Assembly: GCA_973895155.1 (NCBI GenBank)
Contig: OZ316895.1
Coordinates: 13,019,363-13,083,362 of the forward strand
DNA from: Marsupella aquatica
Lineage: Eukaryota > Plantae > Marchantiophyta
Direction of reading: 5' to 3'
Length of the DNA: 64,000 bases
The notes under the pieces were generated by a model that searched no databases, was not told the DNA's origin, and saw only the letters and a list, made by a program, of their open reading frames with translations. The translations under genes were made by a program, and so were the position numbers. Below, one piece after another: positions 24,715-37,929 of this stretch (positions within the stretch are counted from its first letter, which is position 1; each line of letters opens with the position of its first letter).

Positions 24715-27700
24715 TTGCCTTGAAAAAACCAAAGAATTCCATTCATTTAGTCAGCATACAAAAAGGGGGGCCTCAAAAGAGACACCAACCCAAGGGGACC
24801 AGAGGTCGTCGGACGTGCCGGGACAGGTGAGGCCGGAACCAGGTAAGAGACAGGGTCTCCAAAGAGACAATCCAAACAAGCAATTTGGAGACTACGGCAG
24901 GAGTAGCACACTCCCAAAGACCGGCCAGTGGTCTGGGACCGGCGGGGTCCCATACAGTGGTTCCGCGATAAGAAAGAACCTATCAGTCTAGAAGTAGCAC
25001 AGCCTCAAAACCTGAGGAAGAGAGAGGCTCATGGTGGGCGGGGTGGGACTAGCTGAACTTGGAGCAGATCTTCGTGAATTTGCCAGAGTCCATCCCAAGT
25101 CCCGAAGGCCATTGACATCTTGTGGTGAGCTTCACCGTATGTGATTTTCCCATTTTGAACCCTGGTTTTAAGCCTGGCCCAATCCCTTTGGAGGTACACT
25201 CCTAGAAGCTGCTAGGTTTTCCGAATAACTCCCTACGGATTGGGCTGGGTGTGCTCAATAAAGTGTAGGCATCTATTCTTCCAGATGGTCCAGCAGATGA
25301 TGGCTCGAAGAATGTGCCACAAACGCTCAGGAATGTCCCATTGCTCTGGCAAAGGTTCCCCAACAAAAATATGTACGAGTAGCAGTTGTATCCGGGGTCC
25401 CTGAGAGAAAGCACATTGTTGAAGGATGGGTTGGACCCATGTCCAGACCAGCTGCGAGATGTTGCATTCCCAAATGCAATGAATGAGATCTTCCTGTATG
25501 CTTTGCCCACATCTAGTACACCAGGTGATCGGGTCGGTAGGTGGTAGACGGGGGAAGCGCCAGTGTTGGGTAGCATGGATGCGATAGATTAATTGCCACA
25601 AGGAGCAATTGTCGCGAGCTGCACGGAAGGGAAGCCAGGTGCCAGACCAGAGTAGATGAGGATCGGGGGTCCAATTCAGCTGAAGTGCCCACTTAAGGAT
25701 AGCCTTGTGAAGGAAGCCAGGGGACCTGCCTTGTAGTGTGCGTAAGTGGGCAGTATTTGTGTCCTGGAGTGGGAGGCCGTCCCGCCACTCATACTGGAGC
25801 AAAGGTGCCAGGGGACCGATTGGTCTTCCAATACGAAGTCGATGTGCAGCATCAGTGTCATGTATCTTGACAACCACCCAATGTAGGAGCGTCTCTATGG
25901 GTGGAGCAAAGTTTTCATGGTGGTGAAGACAACCATTGGTTACCAGAAAGGTCCGTCTAGGAGATGTGGTGTCCTGTGCATATTGCCATTGACTTGTAAT
26001 AAGTCTTCTCTGAGTCAAGAATTCCCAGATGTACAGATTGCCATCCAAAAGTGGCGCTTCCATAAAAATGGAGATTGATTTTACAGGGTCGTCATGCAGC
26101 TCAGGGATGCTTTTGAGATTTTTGATCATCTTGTTGTAGGCCCTTGCACAGTTTTGGGGGAGTAGGTCGCTAGGCCCGTCACCCCACATCAGAAAATTCC
26201 CAGCTACATCCAAGACATCCGCCATGGTCTGAAATCTTGCTCTCTTGATTCTGCGTTGAGGGTTGCTTCGGCATTTTGCCAAGGTGGGGTTGATGTGGTT
26301 GATGTGTGGGTGCCAGAGGGGGAGATTGCGCCAGCCCTCCATGTGCCCCGGCAGTGTGGGCTGCAGCTGCTTTTTTAATACGTTCCATGTAGTACAGACA
26401 TTAACCCAGACCTTGGAGCCCCTCCGTGGAAGCGTATGGCATTGCGAGAATGCCCAGGTGAAGTCGTCTGCACCCCACTTTTGCATCGAGAGTTGCCTAA
26501 TCTCAAATTGAAGTAAGCGCCTGAGAGGGTGGTCCCCTTCAACCAAGGCCCAAAGGATGAAATTCCCAGCCAGTGCCCTGAATTGTGCCGCAATGGAGAT
26601 CAATCCAAGCCCTCCGTAACTTCGTGGTTGGGTGATATTTGCGAAATCAACCCTAGATCGAGCCCTTGTGTTCTGTCCTGCCCACACAAATGCAGTGACC
26701 TTCTTCTGTAAGGCGTCTAGAGTATGCTGCTGTCCAGCCCATACGGTAAGTGTAAACCATAGAGTGCTCAGGACCAGATGATTAGCCACAATGACTCTGG
26801 CAATGAGAGAGCCGAAGGACTTCTTTACCCGATCCAAGCAAGATTCCAGCTTCTTGGTGAGGGACAGAACCATTTGCTGTTCGAAGATGTTTTGCGCGAG
26901 AGGGATCCCAAGAAGTTTAGTGGCACTGTGTTCATCCTCCCATTTTCATGGGAGTCGTTTGAACTCAATTGGAATCCTATTCGGCGATACAAAAGCAGCC
27001 CTGGTTTTCTCCCAGGCACAAAAGAGGCTAGAGACCAGGCCGAAAACATCGAGAACAATTACATCTTTCAACAAAATGCATCACCGCACGAATGAGCAAC
27101 GTTAAATCATCAGCAAACAGGTTGTGTACATTGTGGACCGCCAGGTGCTGGATATCCACCCCTGGATTAATCCCTGTCTGACCTCCCCATCTAACATTAC
27201 GCTAAGAGAGTCAATTGCTATTAGGAACAGCAGAGGAGAAAGGGGGCAGCCCTGCCTAACTGAACGTGCCAAATTGAATGGTGATGCCATTCTCCCATTG
27301 ATCAGTACAGCTGAGGTTGCCGAGGCGTGGGTGGCTGCCAGAAATTGCAGGATCATTCCCGTGAACCCCATCTTCTCCATAAGTAGTAGCAGGAAGTGCC
27401 ACTCAAGCTTGTCAAAGGCCTTGATGATGTCTAATTTCAGAAGGATGTAATCCATCCCGGTCTGCTCAGCGTGGTGTAACGTCTCGTTGAGAAGCATGAG
27501 AGAATGATGAATATTGCGCCCCGGTAAGAAAGCAAATTGTTGAGGGGAAATGATCCTCTGCAGGACCGGAAGGGGCTGCATTTGAAAAGCCTTTGCTCCA
27601 ATCTTATGGGCAACATTGAGCAAGGTGATGGTGCGCTTATTTGTCAAGGACCTCTGATCATCCTTCTTGGGTAGGAGAACAATAAGGCCCCGTGTGATTT

Positions 27701-28804
27701 CCGGAGATAAAGCCCCATCCTCCATTCCTTGTAATAGAGCTGCATGGAGAGAGGAGCCCACTGTGTGCCAATGTGCAACAAAGAATTCTACTGGAACTCC
27801 ATCCGGCCCAGGGCATTTGTTGTTGGCCAGAGCAGCAGCTGCTCTCCCAAGCTCATCCACAGTGAGTGGTTCATTCAGCAACTGGAGATCCTCCGTACGT
27901 AGTGATGCGCTTGGATTGGAGGTGAAGCACCCGTGCCACCTGCTCCCAGTTGAAGCCCGCAAAGTTGCCTAGGATGTTATGGAAGAATTCGGTGGCAGTG
28001 CTGGCAAGATCATTCCATTCACTAACGATTTGTGCCTCGGGGGTGAGACGGTGGGTAATTTCCTTATTCATAGCCAGTCCCCGAAAGCTGCGAAAGAAAA
28101 GTTTGGAGCATTTGTCGCCCTCCCCAATCCACCGTGACTGCAAAATGTAATCCATCCAGCGGACCCTCTCAGCTTCGAAATCCAGCAGCATGGCCTCCGC
28201 CTCCTTCAGGGATTCCTGATTGACAAAGTTCTGTGGTTCCCGTTCAAGTTGGAACTGAGCAAAAGCCAAATTGCGACGAAGTCTTCCTTTTGCTGCCTCT
28301 CCGCTGCCTTACGTTTACCCCAACATCGATCGATTTTTCGGGCCTTTTTAAGGCAGCGGATCAGGATCAAGTCAGGCTTCATGCCTTTTCCACGGCAGAG
28401 TTCCTCCTCATGTTCCCACATTAGTGCAATACGTTCCTGGAAGTCACCCTGTGATTGGTGACTAGCAGTCATGCGATGGAGAGAGTGCCTCTTGATGGGT
28501 ATTGTGGGTGTGAGCGAGGCGATTACCGGCGCATGATCGGACAGTGTGATGCCTGGCAGAATAGTAGAGGTCCCTTTGGATGTGTAATAGAGAAACGGAA
28601 TTCATTATTTGATTCAAAGAAAATAAAGAGGTTTATCACAATGGAAGAATGTCCTAGACAAGAAAATAAAGAGGTCTATCAATATGGAGGGATGTCCTAG
28701 ACTACCGGCGCATGATCGGACAGTGTGATGCCTGGCAGAATAGTAGAGGATACCTCGAATTTTGCCCAAGAGGTCCCTTTGGATGTGTAATAGAGAAACG
28801 GAAT
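24715..28804 (-). mobile_element. 5'-truncated L1-clade LINE (ORF2: endonuclease C-terminus, RT, zf-RVT), frameshifted
   Basis: Minus-strand motifs TLSDHAPV (endonuclease end), WIGEGDKCSKLFF, KCPGPDG, ITLLN..KI, QFAFLPGRNI, KLDIIKAFD, SVRQGCPLSPLLF, GGLGL and CTRCGQSIQEDLIHCIWEC, split over ORFs 28206-28472, 27871-28269, 27102-27962 and 25233-26873. Candidate 9-bp TSD TCATTATTT at 24706-24714 and 28805-28813 (also 28602-28610). Confidence 0.93.
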
Positions 28805-28905
28805 TCATTATTTGATTCAAAGAAAATAAAGAGGTTTATCACAATGGAAGAATGTCCTAGACAAGAAAATAAAGAGGTCTATCAATATGGAGGGATGTCC
28901 TAGAC
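28524..28905. repeat. Tandem duplication of the LINE 5' junction (179 bp + 203 bp)
   Basis: TACCGGCGCATGATCGG...GATGTCCTAGAC at 28524-28702 and 28703-28905. The first copy lacks 24 nt between two AGAGG microhomologies. Confidence 0.95.
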
Positions 28906-31900
28906 TATATATGTATGATTCAAAAAATAATAATGAGGTTTATCATCATGTATGGAGTGATGTACTAGACCTGTATATGTCACGTGCAGGTAGTTACAGG
29001 GACCCCTCTAAGGCTAGTCCAGACCAGAATGTTGGATGTCTTCAGAGTTTCCAATCTACCTTCGTACGCATGACTTTGCCTCCCATGTTTTTAGTGATTC
29101 CTTCAATTTGTCGGTTACCCCCTGCACTCGAGATCGTTTCCAAGCTTCTACATTATATTAACTGTGTTGCCTCCTGTTCCCATGTCCTCGACGACGATCT
29201 TAATGAGACTTAAATCGCATGTTATGTTCCTTTGTGGAATGATCCCAGCAAAACCCGATGACTGCCCTGATAATTTCTTCTTCTTCCACTTCTTCAATAC
29301 ATGATGACTGATTCCATGCGGTTTATTCATTCCCACATCCGCGTCATTTGACGGTATGCCCACCTCCCAGCATTTCTTACTTTCAGTTCGTTCCGTAAAC
29401 AACAGCAATCGCTATGGTGACTCTCTCTCTCTCTCTAGATAGATAGATTGGCTGATTTTTAGAGTGTAAATCATGGATCAATCGATGGCTCGCAGGAACT
29501 AGGACCATGGCGTCCAACTGCGATTCGAAGAAAGAGTCTGAAGAAGGGATGCTTCCAATTGTAGCGTTTGAGTTGTTTCTGGAGAGAAACGGAATTCATA
29601 TTCATCCGCCAAGTTTACAGATCTGGGCAAACAAGTGTGAAGGTACACTGCAGAAAGACTTGAGCCAGAAACTATATGACGTATGTTGACGCATTCTAGA
29701 TACGTAATACAGACTTTCCATTTTAGAGTTTCATGCCCAGACCGTAGCTTGCGCAGAGTTGTGGCCATCGCTTGAGATTGTTCGCGGAAATGCGCCCGGA
29801 ATGGAAATCAGTACAGCTATGCCAAATGTACAACTCGTGACCAAACAGGACACAAGCTAGCAACACAGGCTTTCGTCACGTTTGGGTATCTTCGTTGACG
29901 GGTTCAAGATACGCATTGCGTGCTCTAGCTTTCATGCAGAAATGCCACATCGACCTTCGCTCCTGCCCCGGGGGCATTGTCGCCCATGCCGGCGGCTGCC
30001 CACAAGCAACACTTGAATAATGTAGTCCAATGACGTAACAATCATGGGCCCGGTCATGGGCTCCGTCCCTAGCTCGATCGCCACAGCTCAGTCCTACTCC
30101 ATCAGTGTAGCTTGAGCGAGGCTAGGCATGTAAGTAGAAGGAACCAATGAGAGTCACCACCACTGAACGAATGGACAGTTTTTAAAATTTGAGGGCACCA
30201 ATGAGACTCACCTCCACTGAGTGAATGGATCGTTTGTAAGATCAAACCTCTCATGGCAGCCCATAATTCTTTCCGTTACAAATGTTGTGTTTCGGGGATC
30301 CCGTCAAAGGAGGTAGCTAGTCATGGCCAGACAAAAGACAGACAGACAGGCAGCAGAAGTTCTTATATCCGAGGACTTTGCAGCCTTGTTACAAACGGTC
30401 CCGTTAACTTGTAGTCCAGTCCTTCAGCTAGCTAGAGAACAGAGGATACAATCGAATCAACCAGGCAATACTACTTTTCGCCTTGGTGGACATCGACATG
30501 CCTCGATTTAATTATTTTAAATCGTTGACGTACAGATGCGAAATTCCACAGGCGAGCGTTGGACAAGAGCAAGCTTGAGATTAACCGTCTCAGCCGCGAT
30601 CGCTTATATCTAATATCTGTTGTACCAGTTTACTCACCCACACAATGCGCATACTTCAAGTCGCTGGAGAGACTTATCCACCGACTTTGGTCCGATGAAT
30701 TAAGAGGAAAAGGTCAGCAGGGCGAGACAAGGAACGCACACATAAGAGAACTAAAGCACAACCGAGCAGCCATCTTGAATTTCTAGAGCCGATTCTTTGA
30801 TTTGTGGACTTAATTGGCCGGCCAAGGATATCATGTGAAGGGCTGGCCATGGCAGCGCAGATAGACAAGACAGATGTAGATCAAAACGTGTTGTCCCCAA
30901 AGCAGGACGTCTATCCTCTGTTGGATGGGCCTGATTTCGGTTTTCAAGGCAAAAAAAACGTGTTGGTCCCCACCATACAATGAAAGACGCAAAGAATCGA
31001 ATTTGTAAACACCAGGAAGTGAATGACATCACAACTGCCCAGCGACGCCATATGGGTCCAGGGCAGACTCCGTCCACCAAAGAGATACGTGAGGAGCACA
31101 TTTTGCAATTCAGAAATCTCAAGAATCTTGGTTCTGTTATTCACCCGGCGGTAAGAGCGCCTCCAGTGGTACATGATTGTAATGGTTTCCTTCTGCAGCA
31201 CTCTCAAGACTCACTGGAGCTTACTTCGAAGCTTCTGGACCCAAAATAGATCGCGTCACAAAATTCACTTTAAGTATGATGATCTAGGCTACCTACTTCT
31301 TCTTCCCCGGCTTCGTATACGTACATGCGTCCCCCCACGAATCTGTGGATGCGAGTGGCAGACCTCTCCGAAAAGCTCTCAATCATAGAGAAGAGCATCC
31401 CAGAGCGGACCGATTATTTTAACCTTTGACGCTGTACGAATCTAAAGAATTTTTCAGGCTCACTCAATGAAGTGCTCGCGGACGCAAAACTTGTATGATT
31501 GCATCACTTACTTCCTCCCTTGATTCAGCTGGAGCTGCTAAACCCAAGGTTATGAGGAGATGAGGGGAATAAATTATTGGATTCGGTTGGCTCTCGTTCG
31601 GGAGGTTAGGCTTCGTCGAGCATCGATTGATCTGCACGAGAGCCGGCCCGATCGTGCCGACAGTAAAGATGTATATATATCAGTTACAAGGTTTCGTATC
31701 TCTAGCTCAGTAAAGGTATAGTAAGTCCCTAGGCGATATCGTTTGACCTGGTCTCTATTGAGTCAGTAATGTCAGGTGGGCGCAGCCATGGGAGGGACAC
31801 GTAGACCCACTTGGGAAGGTCTACCTCCTTAACATATGTACACATGCAATGAATCGTCTGTCTCGTAGCTAGCCGACCTACTCGCGACATATTCAGCTAG

Positions 31901-32039
31901 ATAGGTCGGATCGAGACTAAAACTCCAGGACCCAGGATTCATGATCATGGATCGTTGGACAGGGAGGGAGCTTAGAGGTATGTTACATTAGGCAATCTAA
32001 CGGGGCGGGCCGAAGGTTTGTTCTCAGTCGGCGCCAGCT

Positions 32040-34571
32040 TCAGATACTTTGATATAAAAAAGTGGGAGCTGGTACCTCTAATCTAAGGTAGTCATACATG
32101 ACATAATTAAATCTGCTCTCTGCTCTCCGTTGCCGTATGAATATTGAATTTTGACCTAGTCGGAAATTCATGTGCGACAGGCTGATGGAGAATTCATAGT
32201 AATGGCCATGAATTCCAGCCCGGGCAAGAGCATTGTCCTTCCCAAAGGGTCCCGTGTCAAATAGCGGCGTGCCGTCGTGGTCGTTGACTCGGATCTCCAA
32301 GGCCGCCTGATGTGCGCCCGCGATGGCGATCCTGAGAGTATAGTCCCCTTCTACCAATTCGGAAAGGACGAATTGAATTTCTCTCGTGCTTGTCCGGAGG
32401 TTTGGGCGAAGAACATGAGCAAAATACCAATCCTTACTCCAATCGCTAGTCCCGATCACAAATACGGGATCCTTGTCAGGATAGAACTCCCAATACTTTT
32501 GCCAAAGGCCGTATTGCCGAAACGCATCCAAGCTGCTGCTCGTCTCGGGATTGGACTCCGGTGGAACCATGAACTCGGAAGCTGATCTGTCGGGGTATCC
32601 AATTTCCCATACAATAGGTCCTTTCTGCACCGCCTCCAAGACAATGTCTCCGACGTTGGATACCCAGTTCTCCTTAACCGTCACGACCTTCAGAACAGAC
32701 CAGTCCGCCAGAAACCCATGGACGATGATTTGGAGGATGTATTTGCCCGGCCTTACGCTGTAGATAGCGAATTCACCATCCTCCTCAGTAGTGTTCCAAT
32801 ATTGGTAGTTTTTCACGTCCAGTTCCCAGTTGCTAGTCGATGATCTCTCATCAGTGAGCCCCACCCACATCCCTGTAACGTTGCCAAAGAAAGTATGAGT
32901 ACTCGGACAACACAAGGACCTCGTCGAGAACAGAATCTGGCTAACAGGTAATACTGTTGACTAAGGAGAGACCCAAAATAAGCATTCAGAAAGCTGCAAA
33001 GCATTTGAACTACTTTGGGGAAAGTGACAAGGCACATTATAATAGTGTTACAGGTCACCGTACCCACGATTTCTGCTTAATAGTTCTTTCCATCCCAAAA
33101 CTTCTAGTTATAACAGTTGGAAACGGTCCAAGCACACTTCATAGCAACATTGTTCAGCAGGAGGTATAGTAATATACTGACAGATGGTTATTGAAGGGCA
33201 TTGCTATCCTAGAGTGTAATTGCTTGACGAACAAACTTGAAAAAGTAATCAACTACAGGAGTGCTAGGATCATGACATCGTGGCCCTGAAAGAGGAAAAG
33301 CTTTGCATACCTGCTAGGCCAGTCTTCGTTTCGTTCAACTTCAAGGATGGCTGAACTTTCACCAGACGGCCAACAACCAAGCCTCTATCTTCCCGGCTAG
33401 TGTACTCAGGGAATGGTACCCACTTATAAGGCCAAGCTTGAGTTTCCTTCGCAGCTCGTGCTTTGGCATCTGAAATCAATTCGCTAACGGTATTTCCTTC
33501 ATTCACATAAATTAAAAAGGGGCCGAAGACTTTCTTCCACTCCTCTCCGCTGTCAAGGTCAATCAGCGGAGTCCCGTAGTGACGTGAGTGCAGCATCGCC
33601 AAAAGCTTGGGTCCGGTCTGGACGGACAGCTCCTGCTTTGTGGGACCGCCCCCTAAATATTCCCACCTGTTGGGCGAGATCACCCACACCCCAATCCCCG
33701 ATTTAGTACTAATCCACCCGTAGAGCGTGGAATCTTTGGTTTCCACCGAGTGCATATACTTATGGTCCACTTCGCCATAGTGCGTAACATTCTCAGGGGC
33801 CGTCAGAATTCTTGCTTCTTTGAAGGCCAATCTGGAGCTCGTATGTTTGGAAATGTCCTTCCTTGTGTGCATGAATCTCTGACGGTCATCGGCGACGTAG
33901 CTGTAATCGAAGAGCTTGGGGTTCAACATCAGCACCAGCCGTAATTCTGTGAGGAGCATGGCGGGATCAAAGCGCGTGTGATCGAGTAGAAGCGTGCAGT
34001 AAATTCCAGCTACATCTTTTCTCACTGAGTAATGCACCATTGTATTTAGAGGAGTGGACTTTCTGGAACCATCCTGTCCTTTCATTTCCTGCTTATATGT
34101 TACTCCCAGCATCTCATCTTTGAATCCTTCATCGCTCTCAGCCTCTGTCAATATCGTTCGACTTGCTTGCCCAAAGCTGCACTTGCTGTTGTGATTGATA
34201 CTTCGGGAAGGCGAGAATCCGTCATACCAGTGCATGTCCCAATATCCGGGGAACTTATCTTTGCCATCTCCGTATGATGTATCCTGCAGGAGCTGTAGTT
34301 TCTTCGATCCATCCGCAGGCTGGTAAACCAAACTCCGAATGCTTCCTCTAAGACCTCTGAGCCCACCTTTCCCTAAAGTGATTTGAACTTTATCGTTTCC
34401 AAGGGTCACATCGTGAGGAGCTTCTACAAAAGTCAGTGGCGCTAGTCCTGCTTTCTCGTCCACCTCCTCCGCCATCCATCTGACAGCTGATGCTGCATGT
34501 TGGTGAGCAACTATGATCAACATTGGCATGAAAATCATCGACCATAACACCGGTGGTCTAGGTGGTGCCAT
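32040..34571 (-). CDS. Rhamnogalacturonan endolyase, polysaccharide lyase family 4 (2 exons, 697 aa), predicted secreted or membrane-anchored
   Basis: Exon 1 34571-33311 (donor GCAG|GTATGC) and exon 2 32872-32040 (acceptor TTACAG|), phase 1, joining GLAG-MWVGL. Plant PL4 motifs: GYWDMHW, GEVDHKYMHS, GGPTKQELSVQTGP, HYG, WKKVFGPFLIYVN, WPYKW, VRPGKY, WEIGYPDRSASEF, FRQYGLW, DWYFAHV, GKDNALARAGIHG, VMYDYLRLE. Hydrophobic N-terminus. Confidence 0.93.
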
Positions 34572-37500
34572 GGTGATTGTAACTAAGGTGGTCACTTAGG
34601 AATATTAATAATGTCGGTGGACCGCCCGACTCGGAATCATTAACGGTAAAGTAGGCGAAACTTAGGAATCCGATGTCAACATGTGATCCACAGAGCTGCT
34701 GATTTGTGACGGAATATCCCACCGGGGCACTGGAGAGTTGATGTTCACCAACCTCTGAATCATAGCTGGTTTTAGACCTTTAGTAGTCACGCTGCCTCAA
34801 CCTTTCCGCTTTCGTCTTAACTGCGAGAATGTGAACATGAGCCTGCAAGTTGTCCAGAATGTCCGTCAGTTGTAGCCAACGAGAAACGAGTGACAGAAAC
34901 CATGACGAAGCGACGGTACAGACCTACACAATCCGAAATATCCAGCAAGTCCAACTGGATCCGAGTGTAGTAAACACACACCGGTACCCAGATGGTCTAA
35001 CTTTTCCTGAGTTATAACTGTAAACGAGGTCCGAGAGCGCCATGGTGAGGGACTTGTTTCGCATTAATTAGCACACACGTACGCCAGACCCTATCTGTTG
35101 TCCTGGCTCACATCGTCGCTGGTAATTTGGATAGAGCAAAACGACTGAGCCAGCATATATCGTGGTTCCCTAAACTTAACGACGGGAGGATGTAAACAAC
35201 TTTCACCCGTGTTTGATTGGTACTTCGCTTCGTAGTTAAACTTAGACTTGACATAGCCATGCTACATCCGTAATAAGCGTCTATGTACTGGTCCGGCCCA
35301 AACACCTATCTTCACGTAGCACTGAGTGCGTGTGCATGTGCGCACAGAATCCAGTAGGGCGTGAGAACAAGCACGCTGCATGATCGAATTCCCTCACTTG
35401 AATCGCGAGCCGCTATCCCGGTGCACTTCATTTCTTTTGGGCGCAACTTACTTCATCACGAACATGGGACGAACAAGAAAGAAGGGAATAGAAAAACAAA
35501 TTGACCAGGCCCCGGTGTACGTGGGATCGTCCGCGAAAGATTACAGAAGATCACCCACCGTGTACAGTAGTCCGATGCGAACGGAGTCGAAAAACTCCAC
35601 GAGGCAAACGAGGTTCTTTACGTCTTCACAGACGCAGTAATATTTCGTGTGCATGCCTGCTTCGCTGTGCAACAGTGCTTTCTTTTACTACAGGAATCTC
35701 GACAATGTACACTGTGCCAAGCCTTCTGGCGAAGAGGAACTACTATGGAAACGGTCATGACCGGAGGCTCCAGGCGGCGATGCTGTCCAATGTTCAAGAA
35801 GAAATCTCCAGAACCAGGATCACCGGTGAGGAACTGGAACCGCTACTAAAAGATAAGATGAGCGAGAAAGGAAACTAAACGCCTTAATTAACTATTTATA
35901 CAACTGCTTCGCTGGTGGTCTGCCCCTTGCTGCATTCGGACTGTGAGTCACCTAAATCAATATCGAGTTCGATTGCAATCATGGTAAAAAATCAGACACA
36001 ATGTAAGCCTTTTGTCGTAGAACTGACGACTGATGGTTGATTGACGAGTTATTATCGACAGACCGATGAGTGGTATCGTGCGGGTTGTTGTCTTGAATGG
36101 AAATTGACCTTGCTTCACGACTGCTACTGATTTCAATGGGTCGTGCAACTATCCGATAGTACAGTCAGAGAGTTTCATTGACCGAGTGCCTGGACGAATG
36201 AAATCATGGTACATACCGTTTGAGGCAGATCGTTCCAGCGCGCCCAGACGATTGCTTTCGAAGGTCGGTCGACCAATAACGCTACTTCGGGTGTATCTAG
36301 CCGTGAATCGTGTCTATCGAGCTTCACCTGCGTGAGGGAAGGCAAGAGAACCGATGTTAGAAGGAATGAAGCCTGAATTAATGAGTAAAGTAGCAATCAA
36401 GAGACCTCTCGAGTACCAACCTTCTGATCAGGAATCACATTATTCACCTCGAATATATGAAAACCATCTACTGTTTCTAAAAGATTTCATCTTGAACGTT
36501 TGCAATCATACCAACGCTCAAGACTAGAATCTATCCAGCTAGTCTCCGATCCAGAATCCAGGTCACAAGAAGTTGATGCTTGTGTCTCTGATTTGACTTT
36601 GCTCGCAGTCTGATCGACAACCGCTCCACAACTACACCCTAAACTCCCGAAATCCCAGCGACAGAATTGACAAGGTCCCTTTCCTGTCGTTCTATATCGA
36701 CTCAACAGATGACCATCTTGAAATGGCGAACGCTTAATTCACATTATCATTGGATTGAATACTAAGCTATTGCCCCGAACTTTTTCCTTCTGGACCATTG
36801 GGAGATCGTGTTTCTTAAAAGATTAAGGTGAAGCCCACGCCCTGATTCATCCTCCCAACTAATACTCACGGAGACGACCAACCCCTCAAGAAAATGTCCA
36901 ATCCCTCGATCGGTCGATCCCTATCTCTGCCTTCATCGCAAGTCCTACGTCAAACAATGCAGACCATTCCGTCCCATGACCTGTCTTCAAATTCCGCTAT
37001 AAGCAGTGAACCTTCACAGCAACAAGGGCTGCACTTACCAAGCCACAAATAAACCGCAGAGAGCAAGAGAGAGGGAGAAGGGGGTGAGACGGAAGGAGGG
37101 AGTACACTGTCTGATCGACTGACAGCGAGAATTTGATTTGCAGTCGCGCTTGTACATATAACAGTGTCCAGATACACAACTCCACGCCTCCGAACCGCTC
37201 AGCAACCTGCTCCGATGTGGCAGGGCTACTGCGAGTAATATCTAAGAGCTAGCCTGCTCTGCAGGATAGTTACCTATATCCCAATCGATCCACATTCATG
37301 TATTCACATCGAATCCCTCTAGCAATCCCTCTCTCACAAGATCCGTTCCGGCAGTCAGACTCAATAGACGACGAATGAACGAACGCAGCACCGACGAACG
37401 CACAGAGTCCCAGACAGAATTGCAGACAGACACGAGGACAGACACAGTCACACAGGCTTTAGGGAGACAGGATCGTCTGAGCTGACCTGATACGTCGTAC

Positions 37501-37833
37501 AACGAGAAATCACCATCGCCCAAAAACTCCTCATGAGCCAGCAGCTCAGCTTTCATCCGGCCGGGTGGTTCGTCTATCAATACTCCTTTCAGCTTTTCCT
37601 CCTCTTAATAGTCCGCCATTTCTCGCGTTCCTGCTTGCTTTATCTTTTCCTTTGCTTTGAATTGACCTTTTCAGTAATCGTTCACTAACCCACCGCGTCC
37701 AATTAAGCTCTTCAGCTCCGTGTAATCTCATCCCTCTGGCTTATTCCACTAAGTTCCATTTGTTCTTGCTACACCTGTTCCGACTGAAATTCATTCGTCG
37801 ACATGCGACCGCAGGGCTTCAACCCTTTGCCCC

Positions 37834-37929
37834 TTTATACGTACGGTATAGTAGTCTAGAATCGAGTCTAGCTCTCGCTTACTCTCCTCGATCGCTCACC
37901 CGAACCGAAGGCCCCACAGACTCTATAAT
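37834..37929. promoter_or_regulatory. Back-to-back TATA-like boxes (candidate divergent promoter)
   Basis: TATAAA on the - strand at 37839-37834 and TATAAT on the + strand at 37924-37929. Each is followed on its own strand by leader-like low-complexity sequence and splice-donor-like sites. Confidence 0.3.
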
